Part shown: in pieces, positions 1 through 7,822 of the stretch
Layout: the number at the start of each line of letters is the position of its first letter
How positions within the stretch are numbered: position 1 is the stretch's first letter
Assembly: GCA_964470055.1 (NCBI GenBank)
Contig: CAYXZZ010000002.1
Coordinates: forward strand, 1-59,010
DNA length: 59,010 nucleotides
From: an uncultured Mycoplasma sp.
GTDB lineage: Bacteria; Bacillota_I; Bacilli_A; RF39; UBA660
Direction of reading: 5' to 3'
Made by a program: the position numbers and the translations under genes
The notes under the pieces: model-generated
What the model was told of the DNA's origin: nothing
Seen by the model: the letters and a program-made list of their open reading frames with translations, nothing else
Databases searched by the model: none

Positions 1-69
1 TAGCTCAGTTGGTAGAGCAAGGGACTGAAAATCCCTGTGTCGCTGGTTCGATTCCCGCTGGAGCCACCA
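1..69 (+). tRNA. tRNA-Phe (anticodon GAA), 5' end cut by window edge
   Basis: D-arm TAGCTCAGTTGGTAGAGCA, anticodon stem-loop AGGGA-CTGAAAA-TCCCT, T-loop GGTTCGATTCC, encoded CCA at 67-69. Confidence 0.9.
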
Positions 70-105
70 GTTTTTTATTTAACCTGACTTAACAGTTAAG
101 GTCAT

Positions 106-182
106 GCGCTCGTAGCTCAGTTGGATAGAGTGTTTGGCTACGAACCAAAAGGTCAGGGGTTCGAATCCCTTCGAGCGCACCA
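106..182 (+). tRNA. tRNA-Arg (anticodon ACG)
   Basis: Acceptor GCGCTCG/CGAGCGC, anticodon stem-loop TTTGG-CTACGAA-CCAAA, T-loop GGTTCGAATCC, CCA 180-182. Confidence 0.9.
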
Positions 183-194
183 TATATTATTGTT

Positions 195-271
195 CGGGAA
201 GTGGCTCAACTTGGTAGAGCACTTGGTTTGGGACCAAGGGGTTGCAGGTTCAAATCCTGTCTTCCCGACCA
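195..271 (+). tRNA. tRNA-Pro (anticodon UGG); 3' end rebuilt by the prophage attL
   Basis: Acceptor CGGGAAG/CTTCCCG, anticodon stem-loop CTTGG-TTTGGGA-CCAAG, T-loop GGTTCAAATCC, CCA 269-271; last 17 nt lie inside the att repeat. Confidence 0.9.
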
Positions 272-275
272 TTTG
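255..275 (+). repeat. attL core (TCCTGTCTTCCCGACCATTTG)
   Basis: Exact 21-bp copy of 36038-36058; overlaps the 3' end of tRNA-Pro. Confidence 0.9.
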
Positions 276-282
276 TTTTTAT

Positions 283-307
283 TCGTTGAAATATCAACGA
301 TTTTTTT
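283..307 (+). terminator. Intrinsic terminator after tRNA-Pro (phage-supplied)
   Basis: Stem TCGTTGA/TCAACGA, 4-nt loop, T7 run 301-307. Confidence 0.8.
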
Positions 308-321
308 ATGTATAAATTTAG

Positions 322-343
322 TTTACCTAATATTTACCTAATA
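322..343 (+). promoter_or_regulatory. Tandem 11-bp TTTACCTAATA x2, candidate integrase arm-type binding sites
   Basis: Perfect tandem duplication between attL core and int stop. The same 11-mer recurs near attR (35921-35931), TACCTAAT at 1621-1628. Confidence 0.55.
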
Positions 344-357
344 CTTTTTCCTTTCTT

Positions 358-1530
358 TTATAAATTTGGCTCAAAAGTTAGATTGTCTAGAATATCGACA
401 ATCTCATCTTGAACAGTAGGGAATAAGTGCAAATAAATCTCTATCATAACTTGCATCGTGTGACCCAATCGATTTGCTGTCATTGTAAAGAATTTTACTG
501 CATCTATTTTTATATTTAATTTACGACATTGTTTAATGTATTCATTAATTAGTAATGATACATGACTATGTCTGAATTCGTGCATTGTTATTCTACGAAC
601 TCCACTTATTTTAAAATAATTATCTTTATGTCTATTTATGGTTGTCTTTGGTAGAAATCTTGCATTTCCAAAAACAAACCAGGTTTCTTTAAAATCAGTA
701 TATTTCATCATTTCATTTTTATATGTGAGCAATGTTTCAATTAAGAACTTGCTCATTTTTATTTTTCTATTTTGATTATTCTTAGTAGAAGTTATATCAA
801 CTTTTCCTTTAGTTTCTTCATATAAGGTTTTATTAATTGATATTTCTGCAGTATTGAAATTAATGTCTTCCCATGTAAGTGCTTGAATCTCACCACGTCT
901 GCAGCCAGTGTAGTATGCAAAAATAAAGAAGGTTCTGTCTAATAAATTATCAACTACTGAAATAAATTGATTAAATTCTTCAAAAGTAATATATCGTATT
1001 TTTTCTTCGTCTTTAATAATTGTATCTTGCTTTTCCTGGAAACATCCAAATGTACGAGCCGGATTATCCTGTAGTCCGTATTGTTTAACACCATAATCCA
1101 ATATGCCACATAAGATATTGTATATTTTATTTTTATACGTTGTTGAAATATTCTTTTTATTCATTTCATCAGCCCATAATCTGATCACTTGAATATTTAT
1201 ATCATTTGCAAAATAACTCTCAAAATAAGGCATAATATGATTCTTAGAATCCTTTATATACGAATTAACTGTAGATGATTTTCTGATTGACACTAGATGT
1301 TCAAAATAATCATTTGCAAGTAACCTAAATTCAATTGTTGAAGGATGCTCCCTAAGTCTTAAAAAATCACTTTGTGCCGCTTCCGCCATCTCTCTAGTTC
1401 GATACATCATTGATACTTTTTGTTTCCGATTTCCATATACATCTTTGTAGTAACATATATAATACCAATGACGTCCATCTTTGGTCCATTTCTTTTTATC
1501 TTTTTCATTTCTAACAGCCATAAAATTCAC
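358..1530 (-). CDS. int: Tyrosine-type phage integrase
   Basis: 390 aa; catalytic blocks TGCRRGEI, HEFRHSH, LGHT..EIYLH (R-H-R-Y); adjacent to attL. Confidence 0.93.
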   Translation of the reverse strand: MNFMAVRNEKDKKKWTKDGRHWYYICYYKDVYGNRKQKVSMMYRTREMAEAAQSDFLRLREHPSTIEFRLLANDYFEHLVSIRKSSTVNSYIKDSKNHIMPYFESYFANDINIQVIRLWADEMNKKNISTTYKNKIYNILCGILDYGVKQYGLQDNPARTFGCFQEKQDTIIKDEEKIRYITFEEFNQFISVVDNLLDRTFFIFAYYTGCRRGEIQALTWEDINFNTAEISINKTLYEETKGKVDITSTKNNQNRKIKMSKFLIETLLTYKNEMMKYTDFKETWFVFGNARFLPKTTINRHKDNYFKISGVRRITMHEFRHSHVSLLINEYIKQCRKLNIKIDAVKFFTMTANRLGHTMQVMIEIYLHLFPTVQDEIVDILDNLTFEPNL

Positions 1531-1668
1531 TCCGATTCTTTACATATTTTTTAAAATAGTGTAGAATTAAAGTACACAAAAAAGAATTAAAGTCTTGTCA
1601 GGGCCTTTTTTCTAATTGTGTACCTAATCTTTAGGTTTTGACTTACTGTTCCAGCAGTAGGTCTTTTT

Positions 1669-2058
1669 TTATTCCATGTAATCGATTTTGTCTTCGTCGA
1701 TGTCATAAAATTGATTTAAGTTATTTGTAGGTGATAAAGAATTTTCTCTATCTATTCTTTTATACCATTCTGTTTTTCTAAAATCTCTTAAGTAATAATA
1801 AATCTTATCAAATTCTTCCTCTTTCACCATTTTTGAAAGGCTTTTAATTAAGCTAAAATAACTATATTCAACTTTAGCTATTTCTTTATTATTAATTCTT
1901 AATGAGCACATATTTAATAACGATATAAAAAAAATAAATAGTAATAATATAATATTATAGTCAACAGAATTAAACATTTTCCCAATAATTAATATACCAC
2001 TAAATATAATTACTATTCCATTCACAAACATCATAAAAGTAGGTAACATAATAAACAC
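1669..2058 (-). CDS. Small membrane protein co-oriented downstream of the repressor (possible superinfection-exclusion function)
   Basis: 129 aa with two N-terminal hydrophobic helices then a soluble tail; 16 nt downstream of the repressor gene. Confidence 0.5.
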   Translation of the reverse strand: MFIMLPTFMMFVNGIVIIFSGILIIGKMFNSVDYNIILLLFIFFISLLNMCSLRINNKEIAKVEYSYFSLIKSLSKMVKEEEFDKIYYYLRDFRKTEWYKRIDRENSLSPTNNLNQFYDIDEDKIDYME

Positions 2059-2073
2059 CTCAAATAATTTGTT

Positions 2074-2373
2074 CTATTCATCTTTAACATTATCGAATTT
2101 AGTTAAAGGTATATTGGTAATATCATAATTTACCATATTGAAATCTATTCCAGTAAGTGCATCTAAAGATATATTCAAAATTACTGATATTTCTATTGAT
2201 TTATCTATAGAAGGTTTTCTATTTTCATCTTCCCATCTTGCCACTGTTGTTTGATTTACATTTAATAGTTCAGCAAATTTGTTTTGTGATAAATTCAATT
2301 TTTTTCTTATATATTTTAAGTTAGAAGTAATATAATTTGTAATTTTATTCTCATTCACTTCAATCACCTCCAA
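2074..2373 (-). CDS. XRE/cI-like HTH repressor
   Basis: LSQNKFAELLNVNQTTVARWE HTH_3 pattern; divergent from a Cro-like gene across an operator-bearing intergenic region. Confidence 0.85.
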   Translation of the reverse strand: MEVIEVNENKITNYITSNLKYIRKKLNLSQNKFAELLNVNQTTVARWEDENRKPSIDKSIEISVILNISLDALTGIDFNMVNYDITNIPLTKFDNVKDE

Positions 2374-2414
2374 ATTAATTATATACTTGAAAAAAAATTA
2401 ATTCAATATTTTTT

Positions 2415-2465
2415 ATGACAAAATGCAGAAAAAGTCTTGACTATGACAGATTGCAGAACTATAAT
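2415..2465 (+). promoter_or_regulatory. Early rightward promoter TTGACT-N17-TATAAT (2437-2465) with two 16-bp operator-like boxes ATGACAnAnTGCAGAA (2415-2430, 2443-2458)
   Basis: Consensus -35/-10 with 17-nt spacer; the second box fills the spacer exactly; a third box lies at 2702-2717. Confidence 0.7.
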
Positions 2466-2490
2466 AGTATTAATCAAGGAGGTGAATAAA

Positions 2491-2733
2491 GTGAACGAAA
2501 ATATGAAAATTATGATTGGTAAAGAATTGAAAAAATTAAGAATTGATTGTGGAAAATCAGTAGAAGAACTTAGTAAGAAAAGTAAAATAAATAAAGATAC
2601 TATTTACAAATATGAAAGTGGTAAAGGTAATAGTTTTGATACACTAGAAAAATTATTAAATATTTATAATGTTACATATTTTATTTTTTTTAAACGCATA
2701 TATGACACAATGCAGAAGAAGGAGCGATTATGA
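2491..2733 (+). CDS. Cro-like XRE HTH regulator
   Basis: GTG 2491 (or ATG 2503) preceded by AAGGAGGTG. HTH pattern KSVEELSKKSKINKDTIYKYESG. The ATG at 2437 in the ORF track sits inside the promoter and has no RBS. Confidence 0.8.
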   Translation: MNENMKIMIGKELKKLRIDCGKSVEELSKKSKINKDTIYKYESGKGNSFDTLEKLLNIYNVTYFIFFKRIYDTMQKKERL

Positions 2734-2957
2734 GAGAAGAAAAAAAAGTCCCTGACAAGACAAAAGAAGAAGTTTTAGAACAATTATATGTATCAGCTTC
2801 TGATCTACAAATATTAATTCCAACTATTACATATCCGCAAGCATTGGAATATATTAAAGAAGCAAGAGATATTATGGAAGCTAAAGGCTACGACATTCCA
2901 AAAGGGAGAACTAAAGTAGCATTAACATCAATTGTTAGAAAAAAATTTGGTTTTTAA
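2730..2957 (+). CDS. Small DNA-binding protein, possible excisionase (DUF3173-like pattern)
   Basis: 75 aa; pattern YVSASDL..L.P.....A.EYIK.AR..M...GY.IP.GR..V....V.K.FG resembles small recombination-directionality proteins; position next to cro. Confidence 0.4.
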   Translation: MREEKKVPDKTKEEVLEQLYVSASDLQILIPTITYPQALEYIKEARDIMEAKGYDIPKGRTKVALTSIVRKKFGF

Positions 2958-3206
2958 AAAAGAATAAATTTTAGATGTCTAGTGAACTACACAAAAAGCA
3001 ATATAATATCATATCTTTCTTTCATTAGATAAGTATTGTGTTTTGATAAATCCTCTAGTTATTTTTATTATAAAAAAAGGGATCTGCATCGTCCTGCTTG
3101 AAAATCCATAAAGAGTTATTTTTATGTGTCACATTCTATAGAAAATAAAATTTTTTGTGTAGTTCGTTAGGCATCTAAAAGGAAGAAAAAAAGGAGGAAC
3201 CTAATT

Positions 3207-3329
3207 ATGAAGAAATTATTAAATTATTTTTTTGAAGAAGATGAAACTGAATTAATAGACAGTTATAAAAATTTAGGAATATTAGCAGTAATTAGTTTTG
3301 TAGTTTCAGTTTTAGCAATTATTGCATAA
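3207..3329 (+). CDS. 40-aa membrane peptide
   Basis: AAGGAGGAA RBS 7 nt upstream of ATG; C-terminal hydrophobic helix LGILAVISFVVSVLAIIA. Confidence 0.4.
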   Translation: MKKLLNYFFEEDETELIDSYKNLGILAVISFVVSVLAIIA

Positions 3330-3340
3330 CAGGAGGAAAT

Positions 3341-3577
3341 ATGGAATTTACAGAAAAAGATATTGAAAAATATATCGAAAAAAGAGAAAAGTTAGAAAAG
3401 GATTTATACGCTGAGAGAGCTTATGGTAAACCTAAAAAATCAACACTTAGAAAAATTGAAGAATTAGATAGGATTATTCATTATGACGATTATAGGTTAG
3501 AAGCTAAAAACTTACGTAGAAAAGTAAGTTACTATGAAGAATTATTAAAAAGACACAACATCAGTTATTTAAAGTAA
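3341..3577 (+). CDS. Hypothetical coiled-coil protein
   Basis: 78 aa, AGGAGGAAA RBS; charged heptad-like sequence. Confidence 0.5.
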   Translation: MEFTEKDIEKYIEKREKLEKDLYAERAYGKPKKSTLRKIEELDRIIHYDDYRLEAKNLRRKVSYYEELLKRHNISYLK

Positions 3578-3697
3578 GGGGGATAAAATGAAAAAAAGAC
3601 AAAAAAAGAGAGAACTCAACCTGCAAGTAAAAGTTCCCTTTGTCAAAATGACACTTTTAGTATACCACAAATACCTCTTATTTTCAAGGAGGTGTGA

Positions 3698-4447
3698 GTG
3701 ATGGCAACAAGGTATATACAAACTGACTTTTGGACGGATACCAAAGTAAGAAAAGCAAGTTCTGAAGAACGATATTTCATGTTGTATTTGTTAACAAATC
3801 AACATACTAATCAACTCGGTTGCTATGAAATTGTATTAGAAGATGTCGCTAATGATATGGGTTTTAAAGATGATGTTTTAAAAGTAAAAAAACTATTAAA
3901 ATCTATGAAAGAAAAGTTTAATTTTGCTGACTTTGATAGTGATACAAATGAAGTATTTATAACCAATTGGTATAAGTATAATTGGACTAAAAGTCCTAAG
4001 GTAATGGAACACATTATAAAAGAATTAGAATGGGTTAAAAGTGGCAAATTTAAAGAAATAATTGCTACGGTATGTATACCCTATAAATACCCTATGATAG
4101 GGTATCGGTATAAAAATAATAATAAAAATAAATATAATTATATAAATATATATGATCTTATTGAGAAAAAATTTGGAAGAACAATTAGTTCAATTGAATA
4201 CGAATCGATTAAGAATTGGGAAATGACAAATATTCCACCAGAAATAATTGCTCTAGCTATTAATGAAGCTATGACATATGATGCTCGAAGTATTAAGTAC
4301 ATTCAAAAAATATTATATTCCTGGGCAAAACAGGGATTAGACACTGAAGAAAAAGTCACTAAATATTTAGAAAATCAGAAAAAGACCAAAAGCCAAAAGA
4401 AGAAAGAGGAAGATGATAGCGAAGACATCTCCTATGAGGTATTGTAA
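3698..4447 (+). CDS. Replication initiation / helicase-loading protein with C-terminal DnaD domain
   Basis: C-terminal block IYDLIEKKFGRTISSIEYESIKNW...IKYIQKILYSWAKQGL is DnaD/DnaB_2-like; directly upstream of the helicase with ATGA-type overlap. Confidence 0.75.
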   Translation: MMATRYIQTDFWTDTKVRKASSEERYFMLYLLTNQHTNQLGCYEIVLEDVANDMGFKDDVLKVKKLLKSMKEKFNFADFDSDTNEVFITNWYKYNWTKSPKVMEHIIKELEWVKSGKFKEIIATVCIPYKYPMIGYRYKNNNKNKYNYINIYDLIEKKFGRTISSIEYESIKNWEMTNIPPEIIALAINEAMTYDARSIKYIQKILYSWAKQGLDTEEKVTKYLENQKKTKSQKKKEEDDSEDISYEVL

Positions 4448-5754
4448 TGGATTTTCAAATAGAAGAAGAATTTCTTGGAGCATTGATGTTGAATCCAGAT
4501 TTAATGAAAAAAATAATAATTCCTGAAGAATGCATAATGGATGCAGCAAATAATTTTATTTTTAAGTTGTTTAAAAAACAGTATTCCGAACATAAAACAA
4601 TAAGTCTTGTAGGATTAGCAGAACATTATAAGCATTTGTTTAATGAAAAGTTTAATTTACAAGATATAATTCCAAAATTGAGCAGAATACTAGCTGAAAC
4701 AAGTCCAATAGTTAATTTTGATTATTATCAAGAATCATTATTTGCAAGGTACAAGCGATATAAAATTTTAGATTTAATTAATAAATACAAGAATGAAAAA
4801 ATATCAACAGATGATTTATTAAACTCAATTCACAAATATGAATCTTTAAGCATAACTTCAACTCAAGGTAAGTTAGATGCAAAAGAGATATATTCGATGA
4901 TTAATTCAAAAAATAAGAATATTGAATTTCGATTAAAAAAATTATCTGATACCGCAAATATTCAAGAACATGACCTTGTAGTTATTGCAGCAAGACCAGG
5001 AATAGGTAAATCTGGATTTATGTTGAATTTAATAGAAGACCTTTCAAATCAATATCCTTGCTTGTTATTTAATCTAGAAATGTCAGAGAAGCAAGTTTAT
5101 CAAAGATTAGTTGCAATTAATACACAAATACCTATGATTTATCACGATAAACCAGCTACAGAGCACCAAAAAACAAAAATAATAGAAGGATGTCGTAATG
5201 TAGCAAATAAGCAAATAAAGGTTATTTCTGCAGGGCAGACAATAGAAAGTATTCGTAGAAAAATTATCAATGAATCAAAGGAACAACATCTATTAGTCTT
5301 TATAGATTATGTAGGATTAATTGGAAGTTCAGCCAAACATCCATCATTGTATGAAAAAATAACATCAATTGTTAAAGAACTAAGACAGATTTCATTAGAT
5401 TTTAATTGCACGATTTTTTTAGCAAGTCAAATTAATAGAAGTTCCGAAAAAGAAAAAGATAAGATGCCTAAAATAAGTGACTTAAAAGAATCCGGTGAAT
5501 TAGAACAATCAGCAACAACAGTTTTATTAATACACGATGAATATCATAATAAGAATTTATCAAAAAAAGATATTGAGATTTCTGTAATAATTGGTAAAAA
5601 CCGAAATGGAAAACTAGGATTAGCCAAAATGAAATATTACAAAGAAACTCAACGTTTTGAGGAAATTCAAAATATTGTTGAAAAAATAACAAACGATAAA
5701 AAACAGGGGAGTCAATCACAAATAAATTTTTCAAATGAAAAAGAAGGGAAGTAA
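4447..5754 (+). CDS. Replicative DNA helicase (DnaB family)
   Basis: 435 aa; Walker A ARPGIGKSGF, Walker B LLVFIDYVGL, SQINRS motif. Confidence 0.88.
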   Translation: MDFQIEEEFLGALMLNPDLMKKIIIPEECIMDAANNFIFKLFKKQYSEHKTISLVGLAEHYKHLFNEKFNLQDIIPKLSRILAETSPIVNFDYYQESLFARYKRYKILDLINKYKNEKISTDDLLNSIHKYESLSITSTQGKLDAKEIYSMINSKNKNIEFRLKKLSDTANIQEHDLVVIAARPGIGKSGFMLNLIEDLSNQYPCLLFNLEMSEKQVYQRLVAINTQIPMIYHDKPATEHQKTKIIEGCRNVANKQIKVISAGQTIESIRRKIINESKEQHLLVFIDYVGLIGSSAKHPSLYEKITSIVKELRQISLDFNCTIFLASQINRSSEKEKDKMPKISDLKESGELEQSATTVLLIHDEYHNKNLSKKDIEISVIIGKNRNGKLGLAKMKYYKETQRFEEIQNIVEKITNDKKQGSQSQINFSNEKEGK

Positions 5755-5757
5755 AAT

Positions 5758-6030
5758 ATGAAAATTAAAGTAGAAGAAATAAAAAAAATCGATAGAGAAA
5801 ACTCAAGATTAAAAGGTATGGTTAAATTGAGTATTGATGATCAATTTATCGTTAATGATATTCGAATTATCGAAGGAAACAAAGGATTATTTATAGCTAT
5901 GCCTGCTGTAAAGATGTTTGATGGAAAGTATAAAGATATATTTCATCCAATAAATTCAGACGTTGAAAAAGAAATATCAGAAATAATTATAAAAAAATAT
6001 AATGAATTTTTAGAAAAGGAAGAGGTGTAG
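5758..6030 (+). CDS. spoVG: SpoVG-family protein (phage-encoded)
   Basis: 90 aa; collinear with SpoVG: ..RLKGMVKLSIDDQFIVNDIRIIEGNKGLFIAMP....DGKYKDIFHPINS. Confidence 0.85.
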   Translation: MKIKVEEIKKIDRENSRLKGMVKLSIDDQFIVNDIRIIEGNKGLFIAMPAVKMFDGKYKDIFHPINSDVEKEISEIIIKKYNEFLEKEEV

Positions 6031-6031
6031 T

Positions 6032-6544
6032 ATGAAGATTTTATCAAATAGAACATATACTGATTTATTAGCTCAAATAAAAGTTGCAGAAAATTCTGCA
6101 AGAGATGCAAATAAATCAAAAGAAAACTATAAAAGTAAAGCTGAAGAATTAGAAAAACAGAATGCAGCATTAAGTGCAGAGTTGATTCAAGAAAGATCGT
6201 CAGCAGAAAAAATGAAAAGTGAGATAGAATCACTAGATGCAAAAAATAGTCAATTAAATAAAAAAATAGGTGGATATGAATCTGGAAAGGGAAAAGTTGC
6301 TACACGTGATAAAAGAATTAAAGAACTTGAATCAGAACTTTCTGGAGTAAAAAAACAACTAAATCTAGTAGAAAAACAACTTATTAAAGAAGTTGAAGAC
6401 CGTAAACAAGTTGAAGAAGAAAAGAAAAAACTTCAAGGTATTATAGATAATCAAAATCATTTATTATCAACTAAGATGAGAGGAAATCCCAAACTAAGTG
6501 AATTAGAAAAATTTGATGGCAAAATATCTAAAAAATGCAAGTAA
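6032..6544 (+). CDS. Coiled-coil protein, unknown function
   Basis: 170 aa rich in E/K/Q heptads; overlaps the next gene by 10 nt. Confidence 0.55.
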   Translation: MKILSNRTYTDLLAQIKVAENSARDANKSKENYKSKAEELEKQNAALSAELIQERSSAEKMKSEIESLDAKNSQLNKKIGGYESGKGKVATRDKRIKELESELSGVKKQLNLVEKQLIKEVEDRKQVEEEKKKLQGIIDNQNHLLSTKMRGNPKLSELEKFDGKISKKCK

Positions 6545-7410
6545 ATAAGAAAAAACTAACTGATAATTTAGATATTTGGTTAGAAGAACAACATTTGAAT
6601 GAATTATCAGAAAACACTCTAAAACAGTATAAAAACGGTGTTAGAAAGTTTTTAAGATATTTAGAAGAAAATGATATAATCACCATAAAAAAGCAGACTA
6701 TGCTTGATTATAAGCATTATTTAAACGATATTTCGAAGTCTGTTAATAGTAAAAATGCTTGGATTATATCTTTAAACAAATATCTTAAATATTTAAACTT
6801 AAATAGTCTTTGTTTGAAACAAATCAACGTTCAAAATAGATATTATACTTATTATAATTTGACTATGTCTGATTATAAAAGGTTATTACGAATAGCTAAA
6901 AGGGAAAATAGAATCCAGGATTATTGGATCATAAAAACATTAGCCATGACAGGAATAAGAATTAGTGAATTAAAATATTTTACTGTTGAGAATTTGCAAC
7001 GTCAGAATGAAAATATTTTATGGATCGAAAATAAAGGTAAAAGCAGAGATGTTCCTTTACGTGACGATTTAGCCAGAGATTTACGAAAATATGCAAGAAC
7101 TAACAAAATAACAACTGGAACTATTTTTCCATCACCAAAAATTCCAGGACAAATGATTCATACAGCGACAATTTGGAAACATCTTCAGAAGATAGCAGGA
7201 ATAGCCAGAGTAAAGTTAAAAAATGTACATCCACATAGCTTTAGACACTTATTCGCAGATGTATTTTTACAAACTTATTCTGATAATGTCATAATGCTTG
7301 CAGAATTTTTGGGACATAACTCTTTAGAAACAACAAAAATATATACACGAAAGACATTAAAACAGAAGAAAGAAATGCTATCGAATTTAGATTTTAAAGA
7401 ACGAGATTAA
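6535..7410 (+). CDS. Second tyrosine recombinase (XerC/XerD-like)
   Basis: 291 aa; N-terminal SAM-like core-binding region, TGIRISEL, HPHSFRHLFA, LGHNSLETTKIYT. Confidence 0.85.
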   Translation: MQVNKKKLTDNLDIWLEEQHLNELSENTLKQYKNGVRKFLRYLEENDIITIKKQTMLDYKHYLNDISKSVNSKNAWIISLNKYLKYLNLNSLCLKQINVQNRYYTYYNLTMSDYKRLLRIAKRENRIQDYWIIKTLAMTGIRISELKYFTVENLQRQNENILWIENKGKSRDVPLRDDLARDLRKYARTNKITTGTIFPSPKIPGQMIHTATIWKHLQKIAGIARVKLKNVHPHSFRHLFADVFLQTYSDNVIMLAEFLGHNSLETTKIYTRKTLKQKKEMLSNLDFKERD

Positions 7411-7579
7411 AAGTCCCGTTTTTTTTAAAAAAAAGCATTCGAAAAAAACAAAAACTATTTGTGAGAAAAAATATGCTTGAAAGTATTGAAAAATATAACA
7501 AAAAATAATTTTTTCCACAGGCAAGATAATTATTAGGTTATCTTTCCATACTTTTTACACAAAAATATCAGGACTTGAG

Positions 7580-7822
7580 GTGATTATTATTAAATACGTT
7601 GTTTATCATAAATATGCTAGAAAGTGGTTAACAAGTAGTTATTACAAAACTAATGATGGTTTATCAAAAAATATATTAGATGCTCATTTGTTTAGTGCAT
7701 TTGAATTAAAATTAGCGAGTACAACAAGATTAAGAGAAAAAGATAAATACGTTGTATACAGTTTAAAAGAAATTATTTGTAGAGGAGTTGGATTATTAGA
7801 TGAAATACTTAAGGAAAATTAG
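7580..7822 (+). CDS. Hypothetical protein
   Basis: 80-aa ORF with GTG start after GGACTTGAGG; no recognisable motif. Confidence 0.35.
   Translation: MIIIKYVVYHKYARKWLTSSYYKTNDGLSKNILDAHLFSAFELKLASTTRLREKDKYVVYSLKEIICRGVGLLDEILKEN

Noticed and set aside
121-315. 64-aa ORF on the + strand
   Set aside because: It lies entirely across tRNA-Arg and tRNA-Pro; it is an artefact of reading through structured RNA genes.
2437-2490. ATG 2437 as the start of the cro-like gene
   Set aside because: This ATG lies inside the -35/spacer of the promoter and lacks an RBS. GTG 2491 or ATG 2503 follow AAGGAGGTG.
7411-7579. Possible terminator or promoter after the Xer-like gene (A/T runs, GATAA..TTATC inverted repeat)
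   Set aside because: Only weak stems and no hexamer pair with proper spacing; it could not be supported beyond being AT-rich intergenic DNA.
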